Origin: Octopus vulgaris
Lineage: Eukaryota
Direction: 5' to 3'
Length of the DNA: 64,000 nt
Assembly (NCBI GenBank): GCA_951406725.2
Contig: OX597833.1
Coordinates: 49,042,001 to 49,106,000 of the forward strand
Part shown: positions 27,106 through 41,218 of the stretch, one piece after another
Position numbering within the stretch: position 1 is the stretch's first letter
Layout: every line of letters begins with the position of its first letter
Translations under genes and position numbers: made by a program
The notes under the pieces: generated by a model
Database searches by the model: none
Told to the model about the DNA's origin: nothing
Seen by the model: only the letters and a program-made list of their open reading frames with translations

Positions 27106-27792
27106 TTGTCATTGGTTGATATTTATGTATTATAGCTTATTTTAGATGTGAAAGGTATTAGTTTTTGCTAATACTGGGAAGAGCATGAGTAGGGGAATGT
27201 TATTCCATAGATAGGTTGAACAAAGAAAGAGGAAGGACCGGGGTGTCGCCAGTATATGCCATGAGTTTATTCAGCTGTGTTGTAAACAACTTTCTTGTAT
27301 TAACATTTGTATTAACAAATGTTAATACAACATTTGTTGTATTAACATTTGGATTGTCACTATTGACAACTGGGAAATGTCTGACTGCTTCCTATCTATT
27401 ATATTTGTTTACATACTTGTAAAAAAAAAAGGTATAACTAAATTAGAGTCTATTGGGCCATACAACATAAAAATAATTAAATTCAGTTACGGAGATTTAC
27501 ATGTTTTGAGAAGTTTATGAATTTGAAATGTCACAGTGAATTATAAGTATGAAGCCTACATGAAGAGATTATTTCTGTTTTGTAACCATCCTTTGGAAAA
27601 TAGTATCTCATAATTCTCTAACACATTGGCACAATTGTTTTGTTTTGTTTCTGTGGTTTGGCCCTTGATGAAAATTTTATGGTAGAGTCTTTCAAGTTCC
27701 ACATATATTTTGATACAGAGGTACAATTATGTTGTTTAACCCTTTAGTGTTCAGATTAACCTACACATGCTAGCATCAAAGGCAGACATTAA

Positions 27793-28013
27793 CCCTTTAG
27801 TGTTTAAACCGGCCACATCTGGCCCAATATATTATACAAGTTTTATATTCAAACTGGCCATATCTAGCCTCTCACACCTAACCTACATTGACTTTCTAAA
27901 AATAAACAATCACATCATTGAAACCTCAAAGCTATAAGATCATGCATAATTAATTCAAAACAATTTGAGTGGAAAAGTATTACATTTAACAGAGTAATCT
28001 GAACACTAAAGGG
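27793..28013. mobile_element. piggyBac-like TTAA MITE
   Basis: TTAA-CCCTTTAGTGTTTAAA ... TGAACACTAAAGGG-TTAA. Related pieces at ~27735, ~28400-28462 and ~28780-28940. Confidence 0.82.
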
Positions 28014-29972
28014 TTAAACAATGATGATGATGATGAATCTGTCAAATGTTGCTGTAATGTTTCCAGTATCATTTTGATCACTTTCATTATCAAAATCTTC
28101 CTCGTCCGATGAAGAGTCGTAAATGTCAATATGATTTGTCCAAAAACAAATCACTGTTGTTTTTCTTTATATTTTGTACATCACCAAGAGTACATTAGAA
28201 TCGCTACTTGCTGATGCTATATCATTAAAAACTAAGTTATACACATCTCTTCAAATGTTGAAAAAAACCAAGAAGTTTCAAAAATTTCACCATATTTTTA
28301 CTTGAATAAAGACGGGAAATGCTATCTTACATTATCTCAAAGTTATGAGAATTCAATAATATGATTTTTTTTTTTTTAGCAATTTTGTAGAGAAATCAGA
28401 TATGGCCAGATTTGGCTGGTTCAAACAAATAACGGGGAATAATTTTCAGCTGGTTGTAGCTGATCTAAATCCTAAAGGGTTAAAATCCATAAAGGTTTGA
28501 GAACATGAATTCGTTTGTACTGCAGCCTTGTAGACAAATTCTTTAGTCAGACATTGTACTTTGAGGGACATACATTGCTATTGGTGCAATTGTAGTTATA
28601 TGTAGAGCTTGCATTGTTCAGGTGAATATTTCTTTTAAGCTTGGTTGCTCGTAAAGAGGTGATTATCTGTGCAAAATAGTGCATAGTTCAATAGAATTTA
28701 ATCTATTTCTGTTGAATATATAATATTTGTAGTGTGAAAATGTTTATCTAGAAGTTTATCCCTTTCCTATTATTTATTCACAATGTTTTGAATTAATCAT
28801 GCATTATTTTGTAGCTTTGAGATTTCAGTGATGTGACTCTTTATTTTAGGATGATAATGTAGGGTAGGTTGAGAGGCAAGTTTGAACATAAAACAGGTAA
28901 AATATTTGAGCTGGATATGGCTGGTTTAAATTCTAAAGGGATAATAAAAAAAATTTAACCATTTAGAGGAAAATTCAGTGATTGAAATGTGCATTATACC
29001 GAATACTTTGCATTTTCATTATTCAATGTGAAAATTTAAATTAATAATTATAGGCGCAGGAGTGGCTGTGTGGTTCCGGGTTCAGTCCCACTGCATGGCA
29101 CCTTGGGCAAGTGTCTTCTACTATGGCCTCAGGCCGATCAAAGCCTTGTGAGTGGATTTGGTAGATGGAAACTGAAAGAAGCCCATTGTATATATGTATA
29201 TATATGTGTGTGTGTGTATATATATATATATGTTTGTGTGTCTGTGTTCGCCCCCACCCTTGATCCCCACGATGCTGGTGTGTATACGTCCCCGTCACTT
29301 GGCGGTTCGGCAAAAGAGACCGATAGAATAAGTACTGGGCTTACAAAGAATAAGTCCTGGGGTCAATTTGCTCGACTAAAGGCGGTGCTCCAGCATGGTC
29401 ACAGTCAAATGACTGAAACAAGTAAAAGAGTAAAAGAGTAATCGATAAAGATAATACATAAATACTGTTGTTACCAAAATTTGTTAACATAAATTGGAAG
29501 GAATTCTCTTCTTGAAATACTGTAATTATTATAATGAATTACATACATGAACTATATACATTTTGACTAAAAGAATGAAGGTATTTAATAAATGGAAGTA
29601 TTTAAGCAGAAGCATTCTACAATAGACGTGTTTAAATTCTGCAGTATGTCTGTTATATCCTTCCTTCCTGAAGGTTGATGTCACAGATTACGTGTCTTTC
29701 CTAGTAAAGTTAAAAGGTCATTTTCAACTGGTAAAGTTCAAATGTCATTTTCAAATTACTTTCCGTTTTCTTCAGGATGTGGGAATATTTATGTATACAT
29801 ACAAAATATAGGGCTACACATGTTTTTATGTATATATAAGTAGATGTCTATATATTTGTGTGTGTTATATATATATATATATGTGTGTGTGTGTATATGT
29901 ATAGATAGATACATATAGAAATATATATCTATATATATACATGTATATCTTTAGACGTGTGTGTATTTTGGG

Positions 29973-30010
<38 letters not shown>

Positions 30011-30088
30011 TTGCAGCGTGGAAGGTGTTTATAAGCCATTTAAGAAACACACAAAACCGTTAAATTCACTTCGACATTTAAATTTAAA

Positions 30089-30214
30089 TTTTGTCAAAAT
30101 ATTTTCGTCGCTTTGAAGACCGTGACCTGTTCACTGACAAAACTTTGTGTTACATCTCTGAAGTATTGTCAGTGAACAGGTCGCGGTCTCAAAGTGACGA
30201 AAATATTTTGACAA
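30089..30214. ncRNA. Inverted pair of G3:C8 hammerhead-like motifs (- 30089-30142; + 30166-30214) in a palindromic element (30008-30295)
   Basis: TTGTCA | GTGAACA | G GTCGC-GGTCTCAAA-GTGAC | GAA A-ATAT-T T | TGACAA. Confidence 0.65.
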
Positions 30215-30819
30215 ATTAAATTTAAATGTTGAAGTGAATCTAATGGTTTTGTGTGTTTCTTAAATGGCTTATAAACACCTTCCACGCTGCAATTGTTTTT
30301 GTTCCAGCACACAATCTCAGATCAAGTCACTTCCTATGCAAGTACATCTCTGTAATATATCCTTTCGGGGGGCCGATTAAATAAGTACCAGTTACACACT
30401 GGAATCGATATAATCGACTTAATCCATTTGTCTGTCCTTGTTTGTCCCCTGTGTGTGTGTAGGCCCTTGTGGGCAGTAACGAAATAAGAAACGTTAGCAT
30501 GCCAGGCGAAATGCTTAGCGGTATTTCGTCTGCTGCTACGTTCTGAGTTCAAATTCTGCCGAAGTCGACTTTGCCTTTCATCCTTTTGGGGTTGATAAAT
30601 TAAGTACCAGTTACGCACTGGGATCAATGTAATCGACTTAATCCCTTTGTTTGTCCTTGTTTGTCCCCTCTATGTTTAGCCCATTGTGGGTAATAAAGAA
30701 ATAAGAATGGTTGGCATTAAGAAGGGCAGCCACCTCAGCTTACCACCCCTGGTCAAACCGTCCAACCCATGCCAGCATGAACAATGGATGTTAAATGATG
30801 ATGATAATGAAAGGGAATT

Positions 30820-31290
30820 GATAGTAGAGATCTTTACTAAGTTCCTTAAAGGGCAGGTAAGCATCAAGTTTACTTAGCTAGAAAAGAAGAAGCAGAAAGG
30901 AAGAGATTTGCATATGTTTTGTAATATGAGAATCAGAAGCGTGAAGTGTTCAGGGCTGCAAGACAGTGTGTCAGAGGGAGCTCAGATGTCAGTGGGAAGA
31001 AGTATATTCAGAATGATGAAAGGACACTTGCCATTGCTGCTGATAACCTGAGGGGCTGTTGAACATGGACAATGCATGGATTTAAAGACGAGGTACTTCA
31101 CGTTGACCCAGTAAAGGGACCAGCAATTTGACTGCATGGTAGGTGGAGTGATTAAAGACATTATCAGAATATCCAGCAAAGCAAGATTCACGATAGTTAC
31201 CCAAATAACACAGAAAGATGTCAGAGCTGTATTATTGTTGACTGCTACAAGGGCCAGAAAATGCTTTAGAGAGGAAATTAAAGAGGCATC
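30820..31290 (+). mobile_element. Highly degraded RTE ORF fragment
   Basis: Patchy coding relic resembling the RTE inter-domain region (VYLARKEE, EVFRAARQCVR...DV.G.K.IQND.G), with many disablements. Confidence 0.45.
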
Positions 31291-31422
31291 CAATTGCTAG
31301 ACTATGAAGGTCACAGAGAGAGTCATAGTATAGTACAATTGATCAGAAGCAAAATTAATGGGCTGTGTGTGTGTGTATGTATGCATTCATATATAGTCAT
31401 GTTTGTATATCTCTATATGTTC

Positions 31423-31574
<152 letters not shown>

Positions 31575-31585
31575 GTATATATATA

Positions 31586-31698
<113 letters not shown>

Positions 31699-31699
31699 T

Positions 31700-31807
<108 letters not shown>

Positions 31808-33251
31808 CACACACACACACACATTTATGTATATGTGTTGGTGTGTGTGTATACACACACAGTGTTTACTCATGTGTAAATATCTCTCCTCTAGTTTAAT
31901 GTTAAATCTTGGTACAAAGATTTTTCCCTTTATAGTTTTACCTTCATCCTGTGTATAAGTCACATCCCAGTTTTTCCTGTTAAAAAAATTAAGTGTAAAT
32001 TTGTGCAACTCATACCCTAGTAAATATGGTATATATATTTATATAAATATAAAATTTGTTTGACACCTTTAACAATTTTGGCCTGGTGATCAATTGGTAT
32101 TTCGTCTGCTGCTACATTCTGAGTTCAAATTCTGCCAAGGTCGACTTTACCTTTCATCCTTTCAGGGTCAATAAATTAATTACCAGTTGAGTACTGCAGT
32201 CGATGTAATCTACTTACCCCTCCCTCAAATTTCAAGCCTTGTACCTATAGTAGAAAAGATTACTGTTATTATTATTATTAAGGCAGTGAGCTGGCAGAAT
32301 TGCCAGAACACTGGGCAAAATGCTTAGTGGGATTTTGTCCATCTTTCCATTGAGTTCAAATTCCTCTGAGGTTGACTTTGCCAGTCATCCTTTCAGGGTC
32401 AATAAATTAAGTACCAGTTGGGCATTTGGGATAATGTAATTGACTAGTCCCCTCTCCCAAAATTTCAGGTGGTGAGCTGGCAGAATCGTTATCAGGAAAA
32501 ATGCTAAGCAACATTTCATTCATTCATTTTTACATTCTGAATTCAAATTCCTCTGAGGTTGACTTTGCCAGTCATCCTTTCAGGGTCAATAAATTAAGTA
32601 CCAGTTGGGCATTTGGGATAATGTAATTGACTTAACCCCTCCCCTGAAATTGTTGGCTATGTGCCAAAATTTGAAATTATTATTAGTATTATTATTCCAA
32701 GGTCAAATTTTCCTTTCATCCTTTTGAAGTTGATAAAATAAGTACCGGTTATATGCTGGAGTTGATGTAATTGACTAGTCCTCTACCTCAAAATTTGGGG
32801 CTTTGTGCTTATAATAGAAAGGATTATTATTATTATTGTACTAAAACTAACAGCTTATATTGCTGGGTATGAGGCTAAGTGTCAGCTGTCCACAGCCAGC
32901 AGACTAAGGTAACACTTGTTTTACTGGTCAGGCTTCAAGAACCCTGCAAAGAATCCTTGCAGTTCCAAGGGTGAGGTATGCCCATATTCCCTTGTTTGGA
33001 AACAAGAAGAGCATCCAGCCATAGAAAATCTATCCCAACTAATTCTGTTTGATGTATGCGAGAATGGTAATGCGGTCACTAAAAATAATAACGATGATGG
33101 TGATTATCAAGACACACATCACACACGCATGCGCACACATCTTGTTTTCTGTTTTCTGTCCCCTCATTTGTTTCTTCTGCTTTTTGTGTTTTGTATATTT
33201 GAACCATATATGTTGTATACACATAAAACACACACAACACACGTGTGTCTA

Positions 33252-33282
<31 letters not shown>

Positions 33283-34139
33283 CATCATCATTGTTTAGCA
33301 TCCGTTTTCCATGCTAGCATGGGTTGGACGGTTCAACATACACACACATATATAATCTGCATACATATCTATATTGTGTTGAAATTGTGATGATAACTAA
33401 TGAGGGGTCAGTGTATCTATATTCTTTTTTTTTCCTGCCTTCCATATGTTCCTTTGTTATTCTCCTGTGCCACCTTTTATTGCCATACATACATCTAATT
33501 GTATCTATATAAAGAGACTCTATAAACATATATGTTTGTGAACCAATTTAATTTCTGTATAAGAACACATGTTCCATAACCTTGTAGCTTGATCCAATGT
33601 GTGTGCATGCATGTGTGTGTGTGTGTAATTGCTCTATTTATTTAAAATAATGGTATAATAAAATATAGGTTTGATTTTATTGATTGACAGGTACTAGCAC
33701 ACAGCAGGTGTGTCTATGAACATGTGTACACCTTTCTATCTTTCCCTGTACGTGAGTGTGTGTGTGTGCACGTGTGCACACGCATAACACCATAAACACT
33801 AATATATTAATTTATTAAAGTGTGTCAGCTCAGGTAAAGATGGATTTTGTCAGCATATGCATTCCCTGTGCATTTTGTTGGTGGGAGTTGTGCATAAAGC
33901 CATTTCATAATGTGGATGTGAGTGTGTTGATGTTTTTATGTTATGTCTCCTTATGTCTTCTGACTGAAATAGCTCAGCAAACAAGTGTCTGATGAAATAA
34001 GTGCAAAACTTAAGTAAGGATTGGGTGTGCCATGATCTCCTAAACTCTTGAAAATGGTGCCCCAATGTGGCTGCACTCCAGTGACTGAAACAGTAAATGT
34101 GTGTGCATGTGTGTATGTATATATATGTATATATATATA

Positions 34140-34199
<60 letters not shown>

Positions 34200-34363
34200 A
34201 TTGTATACTGTCAATCTAACATGAAGGTGACAGTAGGGGGTTACACCACCACTGTTTAGCCCTAGGAAGCATCGACGCCTCCTGATGGCTTTGACACATT
34301 TTTCCTGTGTCCTTATATACATTTACGAAGGGGAGACAAACACCCCCAGCAGCCAGGCCTGCA

Positions 34364-34410
34364 TCTAGAGACACGCATGTTTCAGGATCATTGTCCATCA
34401 TCGGTCTAGA
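34364..34410 (-). ncRNA. Type I hammerhead-like motif with GUC cleavage triplet
   Basis: TCTAGA | CCGATGA | T GGA-CAATGA-TCC T | GAA ACAT-GC-GTGT C | TCTAGA, inside element 34227-34561 bounded by a perfect 18-bp inverted repeat. Confidence 0.72.
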
Positions 34411-36264
34411 GTAGCAGAGGCCCGTCAGCTGTTGATATCTGCCTCGACTCGCAAATCTATATATCTAATTTCAGTGAAGTTTATTCACTGATTACCAAAA
34501 TCAGAAATATTAAATTTCTAAATCTCTCATAGAGATATGTACGGTAACCCCCTACTGTCACGTATATATATATATATATATATGTATAATCATCATCATC
34601 ATTTAATGTTTGTTGTCTATGCTGGTATGGGTTGGACTAATATATCATCATCATCATCCTCATCATCATCGTTTAACGTCTGCTTTCCATGCTGGCATGT
34701 GTTGGACGGTTTGGCTGAAGACTGGCGAGCCAGATGGCTGAACCAGGCTCCAATCTGATCTGGTAGAGTTTCTACAGCTGGATGCCCTTCCTAATGCCAT
34801 CCACTCCAAGAGTGTAGTGGGTGCTTTTACATGCCACCGGTATGAGGGCTAGTCAGGTGGTATATGGAGTTGGAAATGCATGAAATAAATTAATTAAAGA
34901 CACTCTTAGACAAACTCTGCTCTGCATTTATGTTCAGTGTTGATGAGGATGATGATGAGAGTGATGATGATAGACAAAGGGAAAAACCTTTAAGAATTTC
35001 TGCGTTTCAAATGAGTTAAGATTGTGAGACATCCTTACATATGCTGTTAAAATTTGCATATAAAATTTATTTTTACAGGACAAAATGACTTAACACTGTT
35101 GTATAAGTACTCTGTAGATATGGCTTATATAGTGGAATTGGAGGTAATGGAAAACTGAATTGATAAGTGTAAATTATTATTGATTGGAACTAAGGTGGCA
35201 AGCTGGGATCTGACAAAATGCTTTGGAATTTTTTCCAGCTTTACATTCTTAGTTTAAATTGCACTGTGGTTGACTTTCCCTTTCATCCTTTTGAAGTCAA
35301 TGAAATAAGTACCAGTCAAGCACTGGGGTTGAGGTAATTGACTATTGTGACCCTGCCTCCAAATTGCTGGTCTTAAGCCAGTAAATGGAAAAAGTTATTA
35401 ACTAATGCTTGTGTGGATGAAAGAAAAAAAAAAGGGTTCAGTTTTCCATTACTTCAAATTCTATTACTTTATAAACCAAGCCTAGCATACTTCACCTGCC
35501 AGATAGACCCATGCATATGATTGATTTTTATGACTCAGTAAAGCCATCACCAACAAAACTCCAAAGCTATCATGAACCTTTTCCTGGCAAAAATATATAT
35601 TAACATATATATAGGCGCAGGAGTGGCTGTGTGGTAAAGTAGCTTGCTTACCGACCACATGGTTCCGGGTTCAGTCCCATTGTGTGACACCTTGGGCAAG
35701 AGTCTTCTACTATAGCCTCAGCTTGACCAAAGCCTTGTGAGTGGATTTGGTAGATGGAAACTGAAAGAAACCCGGCATATATATATATGTATGTGTGTGC
35801 ATATGTTTGTGAGTCTGTTTGTCCCCTACCCCCAACATTGCTGGACAACCGATGCTGGTGTGTTTACGTCCCCATAACTTAGCAGTTCAGCAAAAGAATC
35901 CAATAGAATAAGTACTAGGCTTACAAAGAATAAGTCCTGGAGTTGACTTGTTCGAGTAAAAGGCGGTGCTCCAGCATGGCTGCAGTCAAATGACTGAAAC
36001 AAATAAAAGAATAAAAGACTATACACATATATTTTTATATGGATATATGTAACTGGCACTCTGTCAGTTAAGATTACAAGAGTTCCAGTTGATCTGATCA
36101 ATGGAACAGCCTGATTATGAAATTGACATGCAAGTGGCTGACCACTCCACAGGCATGTGTACTCTTAATGTAATTCTCAGAGAGATTCAGCATGACACTG
36201 AATGTGACAAGACCGGCCCTTTGAAATATAGGTGCTACTCATTTTTGGCTGCTGAGTGGACAGG

Positions 36265-36664
36265 AGCAGTCTGAAATAAAGTGTCTTTCTCAAGGACACA
36301 CTGTAGCAGTCTGAAATAAAGTGTCTTTCTCAAGGACACACTGTAGCAGTCTGAAATAAAGTGTCTTTCTCAAGGACACACTGTAGCAGTCTGAAATAAA
36401 GTGTCTTTCTCAAGGACACACTGTAGCACTCTGAAATAAAGTGTCTTTCTCAAGGACACACTGTAGCAGTCTGAAATAAAGTGTCTTTCTCAAGGACACA
36501 CTGTAGCAGTCTGAAATAAAGTGTCTTTCTCAAGGACACACTGTAGCACTCTGAAATAAAGTGTCTTTCTCAAGGACACACTGTAGCACTCTGAAATAAA
36601 GTGTCTTTCTCAAGGACACACTGTAGCACTCTGAAATAAAGTGTCTTTCTCAAGGACACACTGT
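36265..36664. repeat. Minisatellite, 10 x 40 bp, expanded inside a SINE
   Basis: Unit AGCA(G/C)TCTGAAATAAAGTGTCTTTCTCAAGGACACACTGT repeated without spacers. Confidence 0.95.
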
Positions 36665-39600
36665 GCCGTCAGGAGCTGAATACCCTGACCACTCAGCCAT
36701 GTGCCTTCACATACATACAAATGTCCAAGCTGGCTGAAGCGTTAGCATGCCGGGCGAAATGCTTAGCGGTATTTCGTCTGCTGTTACGTTCTGAGTTCAA
36801 ATTCCGCCGAGGTCGACTTAGCCTTTCATCCTTTTGTGGTTAATTAAATAAGCACCAGTTACGCACTGGGGTCGATGTAATCGACCTAATCCCTTTGTCC
36901 TTGTTTGTCCCCTCTATGTTTATCTCCTTGTGGGCAATAAAGAAATAACATATGTCCAACCCATGTGAACAAGGAAAATGGACATTAAATTATGTTGATG
37001 ATGATGATGATGAAATAAATCTACATGTCTACATGCATACATTTATCCTAAATATGTAGACCTATATGCACAGTGATATATGCATGAGTGCATGTGTGTG
37101 TGTCATCAGACAGTTTTGTTTAGAAACAAAACTGTCCAACGGATAGGAACGTGAAACTCTGAGTAACAGTTTTTGTGATATTTTTGCTGCTTTTTGATAA
37201 AGCATATTACTTACTCTACCTCTGGTGTTCGAGTACTATTTTTTCCCACCTTGTTTCACATTTATGTGCTTACTCTAGTATGTATATGTGTGCGTGTATA
37301 TATATATATATAAAACCATATGCTTGCACTTATATAGATATATATATGTCAGTCAGGGGCCATGCATACATATAGATTTATACATACATGTAGCACTTCT
37401 ATGCATAAATGTGCACATAAATACACACACACGTAAACATATATACTTACATGTAGATATATGAACATACTTACTGAAATATACTATATAAAAATGGGTG
37501 TAAAGAGTGATACATGTACATGTGAATGCTATAATCAAAATATATGTATAGCACATGCATAGCAACGGTACAGATATAAAGATAGAAAAATAAAAATAGA
37601 TCCAGCCGGTGTGTACTTATCTTGGTGAATTATTCTATGAGAATTGACAGGGGTGATAGGATAGGGTGGAGATTGTTTATATAAGTCATGATAGGTATAG
37701 ATTGTTTATAAAATCTGATATTAATGACTAAAATGGACAGACAGCTCAGAGATAAGGTTATAGTGAAACCTGTACAAATCTGCTAAAAAACATACTGTTG
37801 TTTATTTGTAAGTGTTATGTATGTTAAGAAACTTGCTTCCCAACCACATGGTTCCAGGTTCAGTCCCACTGCGTGGCACCTTAGACTAGTGTCTTCTATA
37901 TAGCCTTGGGCCTATCAAGGCCTTGTAAGTGGATTGAGTAGATGGAAACTGAAAGAAGCCTGTCATATATGTGTGTGTGTGTGTGTGTATGTCCATCACT
38001 GCTTGACAATTGGTGTTGGTGTGTTTACATCCCTGTAACTTAGAAGTCTGGCAAAACAGACTGATAGAATAAGTACTAAGCTTAAGAAATAAGTCCTGGG
38101 GTTGATTTGTTCAACTAAAACCCTTCAAGGTGGTGCTTTGCAACCTCATGGTTTCAGGTTCAGTCCCACTGTGCAGCACCCTGCTTTGTGTCATCTGTTA
38201 TAGTCCCAGGCCAATCAATGGCTTGTTAGTGAATTTGGTAGATAGAAACTGTGTAGAAGCCTGTCGTGTGTGTACCCCTACCTCCACTTGAGATCTGGGG
38301 TTTGGTTTAGTTACATCCATGTAGCTTAGAGGTTCAGCATAAGTGATCAATAAAATAAGTACTAGACTTAGATACTGGGGTCTGTTTATTTGTAAAAACC
38401 CTTCAAGATGATGCTTCAGCATGGCCACAGTCTGTTGACTAATGCAAGTAAAGGATGTCTCTAACGAGCATGCATTTGAGAAACGTCAAGGTGAAGGGAT
38501 GTAAAGATGCCAGGCCAAAAGACAAGAATACAAAAGGAAAAAAAAAATGGAAGGTATAAGGACAGAAATGGCAATAGAAGTCAGACAAGCCCTTATAAGA
38601 ACACAAAACATTATCCACAAAAGTTCAGAGTCTTTACTTCTTTGTAGAGGACATGGAGACAGAAACTCCCACCTCAAATTCAGTAGGTGTAATGTTTTTT
38701 TTAGGATGCATTTCTCTGACAGGCAAAGAAAATATTTAGATGCAATAATCAGTCAGTTGATATTGTAATTAAGGTTCCCTTTCTTTTTCAAATCCCAGAT
38801 GTACTTGGGAAAATATTCTCACACCTATTTTATCTTCATTCCTGAAGGGATATGTATGCTATTTGTATCTTGTTTTGAAGGTGTTCTCTATGAAGTTTAT
38901 ATAGCTTTTTATACTATTATAGTTTCTAATGGAAACTCTAGAACGGTATATGTCACACCTCAGAAACCATTTACCATCTAGTTCTAGTGGACTGGTGTTA
39001 CGCTTGGGACAATAATTGTATTATGGTAGCAATTCTTGTGTGTTTGTTCATTGTAATTTCATCTCAATTTTTTGTTGAAGAATAGTAAAATTATGCTTAC
39101 AACTGTAATTCACCCAATATTCCGATCGAAAATTTTATGAAACTAATTTGTATAAGAAAAGTATACACTTATTAGGTTTAGAAAAGAATTGGCAATATTA
39201 GAGCTAACAAAGAAGGTGGTGAGTATGTAGAATCATTAGCATGCTGGGCAAAATGTTTAGCGGCATTTCATCATCTTTACATTCTGTGTTCAAATTCCAT
39301 CAGGGTCGAGTTTGCTTTTCATCTTTTCAGGGTCGGTAAAATAAGTACCAATTGAGCACTGGGGTTGATGTAATTGACTTAGCCCCTTCCCCATAACTGC
39401 TGGTGTTGTGCCAAAATTTGAAACTGTTATTAGAGCTGACATTGAAACCAAATGGTGGGTTCTACCATATAAACTTTCTTTATCAGGTATTTTTAGACTT
39501 AGAAAGTAACTGTCTGGCTATGGTATTGTATTTCAGCTGAATCCACTTCAGCTTAGCTTTAGGTTTCATAAAATCATGCAACACAATTAAATGTTTCCTT

Positions 39601-40696
39601 ATCAGAAGATATACAGGAAATCTTTTCACTGATAGTCCTCACAATGGTAGTGAAGAGATTAGAGACTTTGTGACAATACTGCTTTATTTTGTTAGGTTTA
39701 CTAAAGGACCATAAAACCCTGAAACTAAGTTAATGGTAATATTGATTTGCATTTGCACTCTCAGCGATTCTATGATCAAAGCTTTTGAAAGAATTAAATC
39801 TTTCCTAATCTTATCTAATTAACAACGGTGTCTATGGTTAAAATTTAATCTGTCATCTCTGTACTGACTTAGCTCTATCGAATTACATTTACTGTGGACA
39901 ATATCTTAAATGAATAACCCAATTAATTAGAAACAACTGATAAAGAAGAATGGCATAGTTCTGTAATATTCCATTTAACTCGTAAGTCACTAAAGGAAAG
40001 AAGATATTTTCTGGCATGCATAATGACATCAGTGTCTAAATCACTAATAATGGTAAATGTATATCTGAAAGCTAACACTCTCATTTGGATTCAGTGATAG
40101 AAAGGCGAAACTCCATAATGTCAAATTGTGTAAATTTACAGTTATGTTTGTCATACTCTTTTACTTGTTTCAGTCATTTGACTGTGGCCATGCTGGAGCA
40201 CCACCTTTTTAGTCGAGCAAATAGACCCCAGGACTTGTTCTTTGTAAGCCTCGTACTTATTCTATCAGTCTCTCAATTGCCGAACCGCTAAGTTACGGGG
40301 ACGTAAACACACGAGCCTCGGTTGTCAAGCAATGTTGGGGGGACAAACACAAACACATATATATATATATACGACGGGCTTCTTTCAGTTTCTGTCTACC
40401 AAATCCACTCACAAGGCTTTGGTCGGCTCGAGGCTATAGTAGAAGACACTTGCCCAAGGTGCCACGCAGTGGGACTGAACCCGGAACCATGTGGTTCGTA
40501 AGCAAGCTACTTACCATACAGCCACTCCTACGCCTATATGTATGTTACTGGACTAATAAGTTACTGATGAACTAACTATTACTCCAATGGGGAAGTTTAA
40601 ACTATTATTGATAAAACATCTGTTGATATTGTTGCTTAAAGTCATTATGGGTGGCAGTTAGAGTTGAACAAATAGCCAAGAAATTTTTTTAAAAAA

Positions 40697-41218
40697 TGTG
40701 AAGACCTGTTGAGGCAAGTGAAAATCAAAATCGAAATCGATCAACATCAATGGAATTTATAGTTGTGATACCAGTGCCGGTGGCACGTAAGAGAACCATC
40801 CGAACGTGGCCGTAGCCAGCGCCGCATCGACTGGCCTCTGTGCTGGTGGCACGTAACAAACACCATCCGATCCTGGCTGTTGCCAGCCTCGCCTGGCCTC
40901 CGTGCTGGTGGCACGTAACAAACACGATCTGATCATGACCGTTGCCAGCCTCACCTGGCCTCCGTGCCGGTAGCACGTAAAAAGCACCATCCGAGCGTGG
41001 CCGTTCGCCAGCCTCGTCTGGCACCTGTGACGGTGGCACGTAAAAAGCACCCACTACACTCACGGAGTGGTTGGCGTTAGGAAGGGCATCCAGCTGTAGA
41101 AACACTGCCAGATCTGACTGGGCCTGGTGCAGCCTTCGGGCTTCCCAGACCCCAGTTGAACCGTCGAACCCATGCTAGCATGGAAAGCGGATGTTAAATG
41201 ATGATGATGATGATGATG
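40697..41218 (+). mobile_element. RTE 3' UTR-only copy
   Basis: Closely matches 8220-8614, with internal repeats and a (GAT)n tail. Further copies at ~12477-12667(-), 23210-23346(-), 34660-34860(-), 48714-49027(-), 51515-51763(+), 63549-63810(-). Confidence 0.85.

Noticed and set aside
36265-36664. CRISPR-like appearance of the 40-bp array (also the 35-bp and 129-bp arrays)
   Set aside because: No unique spacers, no cas genes, eukaryotic context; these are simple tandem repeats
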